From Candidatus Limnocylindrales bacterium (GTDB lineage: Bacteria > Chloroflexota > Limnocylindria > Limnocylindrales > CSP1-4), in contig DASUKL010000043.1 of assembly GCA_036278755.1 (NCBI GenBank), forward strand, positions 133-64,132: a stretch of DNA of 64,000 nt, written 5' to 3'. This document shows positions 57,637 through 64,000 of the stretch, piece by piece. The translations under genes and the position numbers were made by a program. The notes beneath the pieces are model-generated. The model saw only the letters and a list, made by a program, of their open reading frames with translations. It was not told the origin of the DNA and ran no database searches. Position 1 is the first letter of the stretch. Each line of letters begins with the position of its first letter.

Positions 57637-59979
57637 GTGACGGCCGCGGCCTGGCCGGCCATCGAGGACCGCCCCAGCCTGGGTGCGCGACTGGCGGCCG
57701 GCCCGCGCGAGGGCTGGTCGAGCGTCGTCCTCCTGGCCACGATGCTGCTGGCTGTGGCCATGGCCGTGGACGACGGCCGCTGGGCCGGCGAGACGGCCTG
57801 GCAGGCGAGCGAGACGGCCTTCCTCCTGCCGGCCATCATGCTCGGGGCGGCCTGGGGGCTGGTGGCCGGCCTGAGCCGCCTGCACTGGCTCGTGGCCCAC
57901 CTCATCGGGGCTCTCTGCGGCGGGCTCTTCCTCATCGTCGCCGTGGCCGGGGTGGTCTCGCCGGCGGCCAGCCTGGGGGTCCGCCTCGACGCCCTCATGG
58001 TCTCGGTCGTCCTCTTCGCCCGCGACCTGTTCGTGCTCGGCATCCGTTCCAGCCAGACGTCCGTCTTCCTGCTCGTCCTGGGCGCCTTCGGCTGGGCCCT
58101 GGGCCAGTACGCGGCCTTCGTCACCTACCGCCGGGCGCGGCCGCTCAACGCGGTCATGGCCAGCGGCCTCTTCCTGCTCGTCGAGCTCTCAGCGACCCTC
58201 AAGGACGAGTACCGCTTCCTCATCCTGTTCGCCGTGGCCGCGCTGCTGTTCCTCGTACGGATGCACCTGGCCGAGCAGCAGAACGGCTGGTTCCGGCGGC
58301 GCATCGGGGACGTCGGCTCCGTGTCGAGCCTGTACATGCGCAGCGGCACGCTGTTCGTGGGCTTGGCCGTGGCGGGGGCCCTGATCCTGACCGCGACGGC
58401 CAGCTCGGCCCCCCTGTTCGGCTGGTGGCGGGGCTTCGACTCCACCCTCCTCGACTGGGGCCAGCGCCTCAACCTCGTCGTCGGCGGGGTCTCCTCGAGC
58501 GCCCGCGGCCCAAGTGACCTGTTCTCGTCGACGGCCACGATCTCGGGCTTCTGGCAGTCGTCCGAGGAACCTGCATTCAGCTACAGCCCCGGGGCGGCCG
58601 GGCCGCAGTACTGGCTGGGCGCGACGTACTCGACCTTCGACGGACGGTCATGGCATCAGGCCTCCCGGACCGCCTCGGCGGTCGTCGCTGCGGGTGGCCA
58701 GGTCCTGGCTCGGACGCGCGACTTCGTGGGCCCGGGACCGGGGCTGGATGACGTGCGCATCACCGTCACCGACGAGGGCATCGACGCGCCGACGCTGCTG
58801 ACGCCCGAGATGCCGACGACGGTGGATCGGATCACGACCGTCTACACCGACGGACAGGACGGCCCCTTCGCCGGGGCCGAGTTCGTCGATGCGCCGAGGC
58901 CCGGTCAGACGTACACGGTCCACGCCCTGGTCCACGCCGCGGTCTCGAGCGAGGGCGCTGTGACGGAGGCGGAGCTGGCCGCGGCCTCCCAGACGTACCC
59001 CGCCTGGCTGGAGCCCTACGTCCAGTACAAGGGTGCGGTGGGCCAGACGACCATCGAGACCACGGCCCGCATCGTGGACGCCCTGCCGGAGACGCAGCGG
59101 GACGCCTTCCATATCACCAAGGCCGTCCAGGACTATCTCTATGCGGGCGGCGGCTTCACCTACAACACCGACGTCCGCGACCTGTGCCCCGCGGGCGACC
59201 TCGTCGACTGCTTCCTGCAGGTCAAGCAGGGCTACTGCGAGTACTTCGCCTCGGCCATGACCATGATGCTGCGGACCCAGGGCATCCCGGCCCGCTACGT
59301 GCGGGGCTACCTGCCCGGGCAGCCGACGCAAGGCGGGGCCTACGAGGTCAGCCGTGGGGCGGCCCACGCCTGGGTGGAGGTCTACTTCCCGGGCTACGGC
59401 TGGATCCGCTTCGACCCCACGCCCGGCAACGCCGAGAACGGCCAGCGGCCGACGGTCCTCGACCCCGGCGTGCCGGCCACCGGCCCGGGCGGCAGCGACG
59501 CGCCCGGGATCCAGCCTGGGCGGCGGACCTTCGAGCCGGCCGAGTCCGCCGCCACGCCCGGGCCCACGGCCGTCGCGGCCGTGGCTGGCGGCAGCGGTTC
59601 GGGGTCCGGGCCGGCCGGGCCCCTGATCATCGGCCTGCTCGTCCTCCTCCTCGTGGTGGCGGTGGCCACCTCGCTGCTGGGGCGCTGGCAGCGCGGCCCG
59701 GCCGTGGCTGAGCCCGAGGCCGTGTATCGCGGCATGGCCCGCCTCGCCGGCCGCTTCGGCTACGGTCCGCGCCCCACGCAGACGGCCTACGAGTACGCCA
59801 GCTCGTTGGCCGAGCTCCTGCCCGGCGCCCGTCCGGAGCTGGAGGTCGTGGCTCGAGCCAAGGTCGAGACGTCCTACGCCCACCGGCCGCCACAGGGCTC
59901 GGCCATGGCTGCCCTGCGTGAGGCCTACGGCCGGCTGCGGGTGCGGCTCCTGCGGCTGGCCCTCCGCCGCCGGCGCTAG
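57637..59979 (+). CDS. Transglutaminase-domain membrane protein (TgpA-like)
   Basis: Multi-TM N-terminal half. Catalytic core QGYCEYFASAM...HAWVEVY...FDPT. Confidence 0.9.
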   Translation: MTAAAWPAIEDRPSLGARLAAGPREGWSSVVLLATMLLAVAMAVDDGRWAGETAWQASETAFLLPAIMLGAAWGLVAGLSRLHWLVAHLIGALCGGLFLIVAVAGVVSPAASLGVRLDALMVSVVLFARDLFVLGIRSSQTSVFLLVLGAFGWALGQYAAFVTYRRARPLNAVMASGLFLLVELSATLKDEYRFLILFAVAALLFLVRMHLAEQQNGWFRRRIGDVGSVSSLYMRSGTLFVGLAVAGALILTATASSAPLFGWWRGFDSTLLDWGQRLNLVVGGVSSSARGPSDLFSSTATISGFWQSSEEPAFSYSPGAAGPQYWLGATYSTFDGRSWHQASRTASAVVAAGGQVLARTRDFVGPGPGLDDVRITVTDEGIDAPTLLTPEMPTTVDRITTVYTDGQDGPFAGAEFVDAPRPGQTYTVHALVHAAVSSEGAVTEAELAAASQTYPAWLEPYVQYKGAVGQTTIETTARIVDALPETQRDAFHITKAVQDYLYAGGGFTYNTDVRDLCPAGDLVDCFLQVKQGYCEYFASAMTMMLRTQGIPARYVRGYLPGQPTQGGAYEVSRGAAHAWVEVYFPGYGWIRFDPTPGNAENGQRPTVLDPGVPATGPGGSDAPGIQPGRRTFEPAESAATPGPTAVAAVAGGSGSGSGPAGPLIIGLLVLLLVVAVATSLLGRWQRGPAVAEPEAVYRGMARLAGRFGYGPRPTQTAYEYASSLAELLPGARPELEVVARAKVETSYAHRPPQGSAMAALREAYGRLRVRLLRLALRRRR

Positions 59980-59992
59980 CGAGCGCGGCGGC

Positions 59993-60068
59993 CCGGGGTC
60001 AGAAGGCGCCGCCAGGCTCCGGGGTCAGAAGCCCCGCCGGCCTCCGGGGTCAGAGGGCGCCCGAGCGG
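59993..60068. repeat. Three tandem 25-26-nt units starting CCGGGGTCAGA(A/G)G
   Basis: Units begin at 59993, 60019 and 60044. The third contains the stop codon of the minus-strand histidine phosphatase gene. Confidence 0.8.
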
Positions 60069-60895
60069 GCCCGGCTGACCTCGTCTTCCCCTGGGATCAC
60101 CGTGGTGCCGTCGTCGTCGAGCGGCGCGAGGTGCTCGTCGCGGTCATGGGTCCGCAGGACCGCCAGTCCGTCGCGCAGCTCGACCACGCTCACCCCGGCC
60201 AGGACGAAGGGGAAGCTCCAGAAGTGGGAGCGCGACAGGCCCAGCAGGCGCAGCAGGGCCAAGCGGAAGATCCCGTCGTGGGCCACGACCACCGCCCAGG
60301 GATGGGTCGGCGGGCTCTGACCGTAACCCGGGACGAAGGTCCGACCGGGTCGCGGACCGGACGTCGCCGGCGAGGCGAGCGAGGCGATGACCTGGGCGAG
60401 CGTCTCGGTCACCCGCCGGTCGGCGTCCGCCAGCGACTCACCGCCCGGCGCGTGGAACCGGTTCGGGTCGCGCCGCCAGCCGGCCAGGCGTGGGCCCCAG
60501 CGGGCCTGGACCTCGCTGGCCGGCAGGCCCTCCCATCGGCCCTGGGCGATCTCGATGAAGCCGGGGCTGGGATGGAGCGGCGGCGCGGGGCGGGTCGCGG
60601 CCATGGCCGCGGCGATGGCCTCGGCCGTCTGGGCCGCGCGGCGCAGCGGCGAGTGCCAGATGGCGAGCGGCGGCCCGGCCGGCAGGGGCAGGGCGGGTGG
60701 AGCGTGGGGCTCCGCCAGGCGCTGCCCGACGAGCTCGGCCTGGCGCCGGCCGTGCTCTGAGAGGGACGGGTCACCGCGGCCCTGGAAGCGGTGCTCCTCG
60801 ATCCAGGTCGAGGCCCCATGGCGGACGAGGACGAGGCTGGCCTCGAGCTCGGGCGGGATGAGCGGACTGGCCGTCAGGCGAGGTGGACGAGCCAC
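60050..60895 (-). CDS. Histidine phosphatase superfamily protein (dPGM-like; candidate phosphoserine phosphatase)
   Basis: LVRHGAS catalytic RHG motif and a distal H in VVAHDG. GTG start overlaps the serA 3' end by 22 nt. Confidence 0.8.
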   Translation of the reverse strand: MARPPRLTASPLIPPELEASLVLVRHGASTWIEEHRFQGRGDPSLSEHGRRQAELVGQRLAEPHAPPALPLPAGPPLAIWHSPLRRAAQTAEAIAAAMAATRPAPPLHPSPGFIEIAQGRWEGLPASEVQARWGPRLAGWRRDPNRFHAPGGESLADADRRVTETLAQVIASLASPATSGPRPGRTFVPGYGQSPPTHPWAVVVAHDGIFRLALLRLLGLSRSHFWSFPFVLAGVSVVELRDGLAVLRTHDRDEHLAPLDDDGTTVIPGEDEVSRARSGAL

Positions 60896-62439
60896 AGCTC
60901 GTGGACCGCGGCGAGGCCCCGGATGCGATCGGCCACGGCGTCGTCCACCGGGTCGTCGAGGGCCAGGATCATGAAGGCATCAGCGCGCGGCAGGGAGCGG
61001 GCGACGTGCATGGCGCTGATGTTGACGTCGGCCTCGCCCAGGATGGCCCCCACGCGGCCGATGGTGCCCGGGAGGTCCTCGTGGCGGGTGACCAGCATCC
61101 ACTCGCTGGGGGCGATGTCCAGCCAGTGCTCGCCCAGCCGGACGAGGCGGGGCTCGCCGTTGGCCAGGGTGCCGCCGACGATCGTGCCGCCCGCGCCGCC
61201 GCCCAGCGAGACGAGGGAGGCGTAGCGCCCGGCGTCGGCCGTCCGCCGCTCGACGAGGGTCAGGCCCCTGGCCCGGGCCAGGCTGGGCGCATTGACGAGG
61301 TTGACCCGCTCTTCGGTGCTGGCCTCGAGGAGGCCCTGCAGGGCAGCGGCGGTCAGGGGCGCCGCGTCATGCTCGGCCAGCTCACCGGCCAGCTCGAGGG
61401 TCATCTCGCCAGCCAGGGGCCCCAGCTGGGCCCGCAGGCGGCCGAGGGTCTCGGCCACGGCCAGGTAGGGCGCCACGACGGGAGCCGTGTCGGGCGTGGC
61501 CAGGGGCGCGTTCACCGCGTAGCGGGCCGAGCGGCCCTCCAGGACGTCGACGACCTGCTGCGAGGCCTCGACCGCGACGCGGATCTGGGCCTCGGCCGTG
61601 GAGGCCCCGAGGTGCGGCGTCAGCACGGTCCGCGGGGCATCGAGGAGCGGCGACTCTCGCGGCGGCTCGGCGGTGAAGACGTCGATGCCGGCGGCCCCGA
61701 TATGACCGGAGCGCAGCGCCTCGGTGAGGGCCAGCTCGTCGACGATCCCGCCACGGGCCACGTTGAGGACGATGGCCCCGGCGGGCATGAGGGCCAGTTC
61801 GCGAGCGCCGACGAGCCCGTGGGTCGAGCGCCCGCCGGGCACGTGGACCGTCAGCACGTCGGCCCGGGCCAGGACCTCGTCAGTCTCGAGCAGGGTGATG
61901 CCGTGGGCCGCCGCCACATCAGCCGAGACGAACGGATCGTGGCCCACCACGGCCATCTCCAGGCCCCGGGCTCGATCGGCCACGGCCAGCCCGATGCGGC
62001 CCAGGCCGAGGATGCCGAGGGTCTTGCCTCGCAGCTCGATGCCGGTGAAGGCCGACCGCTTCCACTCCCCGCGGCGGAGGGAGGCGTCGGCCGCGGCGAT
62101 CCGGCGGGCTGCGGCCAGCATGAGACCGATGGTCTGCTCCGTGGCCGCGATGGTGTTGCCTGTCGGGGCATTGACGACCGTGATCCCGGCCCGCGTGGCG
62201 GCCTCGACATCGATGTTGTCGACGCCCACCCCGGCCCGACCGATGACCATCAGCCGTGAGCCGGCGGCGATGGCCTCGGCATCGACCTGGACCTGGCTGC
62301 GGACCACGAGCCCCTCGTAGTCGGGCAGGGTGGCCAGCAGGTCGGCCCGCTCGAGGCCGACCCGGACGTCGACCGCATGGTCGCGGCCGAGGAGATCCAG
62401 ACCCTCCTGGGCCAGGGCTTCGGCGACGAGGATGCGCAT
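60874..62439 (-). CDS. serA: D-3-phosphoglycerate dehydrogenase (long form with ASB and ACT domains)
   Basis: GLGRIG NAD motif, the catalytic R/E/H region (TPHLGAST) and a C-terminal ACT domain. Confidence 0.93.
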   Translation of the reverse strand: MRILVAEALAQEGLDLLGRDHAVDVRVGLERADLLATLPDYEGLVVRSQVQVDAEAIAAGSRLMVIGRAGVGVDNIDVEAATRAGITVVNAPTGNTIAATEQTIGLMLAAARRIAAADASLRRGEWKRSAFTGIELRGKTLGILGLGRIGLAVADRARGLEMAVVGHDPFVSADVAAAHGITLLETDEVLARADVLTVHVPGGRSTHGLVGARELALMPAGAIVLNVARGGIVDELALTEALRSGHIGAAGIDVFTAEPPRESPLLDAPRTVLTPHLGASTAEAQIRVAVEASQQVVDVLEGRSARYAVNAPLATPDTAPVVAPYLAVAETLGRLRAQLGPLAGEMTLELAGELAEHDAAPLTAAALQGLLEASTEERVNLVNAPSLARARGLTLVERRTADAGRYASLVSLGGGAGGTIVGGTLANGEPRLVRLGEHWLDIAPSEWMLVTRHEDLPGTIGRVGAILGEADVNISAMHVARSLPRADAFMILALDDPVDDAVADRIRGLAAVHELWLVHLA

Positions 62440-62448
62440 CCCGATCGC

Positions 62449-63693
62449 TCAGACGCCGACGCTGGCCGGGGCCGCCGGCCGGGCCGCAGCCTGCCCATCG
62501 GGCCCGCTCGTCCCCTGAGGGGTGGCGGTCGAGGTCGCGTCGGCGGCTCGGGCCGCAGCCGAGAGGGCAGCGCCGCGCTCGACCGGTCGGCCGGCTGCGA
62601 TGAGGGTCGTCTCGATGACGTCGAGAGCGGCCAGGATCTCGGCCAGGTCGACCGAGCCCAGGTGGCCGACCCGGAAGATCTTGCCTGCCAGAGCAGCCTG
62701 ACCGCCGGCCACCACGAGGCCGCGCTGGCGCAGCGCGGCGCTGAAGTCCGGCCAAGCCAGGCCCTCGGGCAGATGGGCTGCCGTGACCGTATCGGAGGCG
62801 TGGGCGGGATCGGCGAAGAGGCTCAGGCCGAGGGCCGCGAGGCCGGCCCGCGTGGCGGCCGCGCAGGCGGCATGACGGGCGAAGATGGCCGGCAGGCCCT
62901 CCTGCCGCATCAGCTCGAGGGCCGCCTCGAGGGCGAAGCAGACGCCGACGGCGGGCGTCCAGGGCGTCTCGCCCTTGGCCGCGCTGGCCCGGGCTGCGCC
63001 GAGGTCGAAGTAGAAGCGCGGCATGGTGGCCTGCTCCGCCGCGGCCACGGCCCGCGGGGAGAGGCTGATCATGCCCAGGCCCGGCGGGCACATCCAACTC
63101 TTCTGGGAACCCGTGGCCACGACGTCGAGCTGCCAGCCGTCGGTCTCGAACGGCACGGCCCCCAGGCCGCTGATGCCGTCGACGATGAGCAGGGCCTCGG
63201 GCGCCGCGGCATGGACCGCCGTGGCCAATCCGGCCAAGGGATTGGTGACCCCCGTCGAGGTCTCGTTGTGGGTGACGAGCACGGCATGCGCCGGGCGGCC
63301 GGCCTGGCGCATGCCGTCGAGCGCGGCCGTGACGGCCTCGGCGCTGGCGGCCTGGCCCCAGGTCACGGGGAGGCGGGTCACGTCGGCCCCGTAGCGCTCG
63401 GCGATGGCCGCGAACCGGTCGCCGAAGGCGCCGATGCTGACGGCCAGCAGAGGATCGCCCGGCGAGCAGTGATTGACTACCGCGGCCTCCAGGGCGCCCG
63501 TGCCCGAGGCGGTCAGGAGGGCGATCTCGTGCTCCGTCCGGAACACGTCCCGCAGGCCGCTCGTGATCCGGCCCAGGAGCGACTTGAACTCGGGGCCCCG
63601 ATGGTTGACCATCTGGCGCCCGCCGGCGGCGCGCACGGTGTCGGGCAGGGGTGTGGGACCGGGGACACGCAGGTTCGTCGCGGGCAGGCTCAC
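62449..63693 (-). CDS. Class V aminotransferase (serine-pyruvate/alanine-glyoxylate family; probable phosphoserine aminotransferase role)
   Basis: PGPTPLP N-terminus and SQKSWMCPPG PLP-lysine motif. GTG 63693 with GGAG 7 nt upstream. The longer track ORF to 63840 has no homology-like sequence. Confidence 0.85.
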   Translation of the reverse strand: MSLPATNLRVPGPTPLPDTVRAAGGRQMVNHRGPEFKSLLGRITSGLRDVFRTEHEIALLTASGTGALEAAVVNHCSPGDPLLAVSIGAFGDRFAAIAERYGADVTRLPVTWGQAASAEAVTAALDGMRQAGRPAHAVLVTHNETSTGVTNPLAGLATAVHAAAPEALLIVDGISGLGAVPFETDGWQLDVVATGSQKSWMCPPGLGMISLSPRAVAAAEQATMPRFYFDLGAARASAAKGETPWTPAVGVCFALEAALELMRQEGLPAIFARHAACAAATRAGLAALGLSLFADPAHASDTVTAAHLPEGLAWPDFSAALRQRGLVVAGGQAALAGKIFRVGHLGSVDLAEILAALDVIETTLIAAGRPVERGAALSAAARAADATSTATPQGTSGPDGQAAARPAAPASVGV

Positions 63694-63846
63694 AGGACGG
63701 CTCCGTTCGGCGGGTGGCGGGACCCCCCAAGGGTACCGGGATTGACGGAACCGGGCCCGCCGGGGAAGATGGCGCCTGCGCTGGCCCTCACGATGGACGT
63801 GCCCGAGGGGCAGGGGTGTCGCCGTACGCTGGGAGGCCACTCCTCG

Positions 63847-64000
63847 ATGGATGTCACAGGCGATCTGGGGTTGCTCGACCCCACCGGCCAGGGTGGTGCG
63901 TTCGGGCGGGCTCCGCGGGTCATCGGCCTGGCCCTCTTGGGCCTCCTCGTGGCCCTCGCCGCGGCGGGCATCGCGGTGGCCGCATTCCTCCTGGGGCTCT
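63847..64000 (+). CDS. Partial (5' end only) membrane protein running off the window
   Basis: ATG 63847, then ...RVIGLALLGLLVALAAAGIAVAAFLLGL, an obvious TM helix. No stop before the window end. Confidence 0.35.
   Translation, partial: MDVTGDLGLLDPTGQGGAFGRAPRVIGLALLGLLVALAAAGIAVAAFLLGL

Noticed and set aside
56607-59883. Minus-strand ORFs 56607..58124 and 58648..59883
   Set aside because: They are antisense to the DUF58 and transglutaminase genes.
61919-63730. 603-aa minus-strand ORF
   Set aside because: It is an out-of-frame overlap of serA and the aminotransferase. The product is extremely Arg/Pro/Gly-rich.

Overview
This is a high-GC (about 70% or more by eye, not computed), densely coding 64-kb chromosomal stretch from a monoderm-type bacterium (Actinomycetota- or Chloroflexota-like). 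I support about 58 protein genes, one tRNA-Leu(UAG) and one T-box leader (valS). I found no transposase, integrase, prophage or CRISPR signal.

Gene content, in window order:
- An F420/LLM oxidoreductase.
- A cyanophycin-synthetase-like Mur ligase that lacks the ATP-grasp domain, divergent from an M20 peptidase.
- A minus-strand string: OmpR regulator, histidine kinase, gamma-glutamyltransferase, a small CxxC protein, AzlC and AzlD.
- A minus-strand string: ABC ATPase, a 71-aa Arg-rich ORF, an ABC-2 permease, a tandem GNAT and RsgA. It is preceded by a promoter plus terminator-flanked leader of about 245 nt.
- A four-gene module: a dead CpaF/VirB11-like P-loop protein, a BchI-like AAA+, a VWA protein and a DarA/PstA c-di-AMP receptor.
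- A nine-gene, overlap-coupled heme operon: HTH regulator, hemA, hemC-hemD fusion, hemB, hemQ/chdC, hemL, two tandem hemE genes and hemH.
- A class II aldolase, Mrp/ApbC, CinA, a holin-X-like protein plus a DUF3618 protein, tig-clpP-clpX and valS.
- A cluster of zinc-ribbon proteins.
- fhaA-fhaB-rodA-pbpA, without the phosphatase and kinase genes that usually accompany it.
- A GH63-like glycosidase and a MoxR-DUF58-transglutaminase triad.
- A serine-pathway operon with non-canonical enzymes.

Many long ORFs in the supplied track are antisense or out-of-frame artefacts of the high GC content. Several annotated starts had to be trimmed to internal GTG/ATG codons that abut the upstream stop codon. 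Recurrent themes are leaderless or near-leaderless promoters (TAnnnT, often TGnTAnnnT, 6-10 nt upstream of the start codon) and short in-frame or intergenic tandem repeats.

All functional calls rest on motif recognition from memory. No database search was run.
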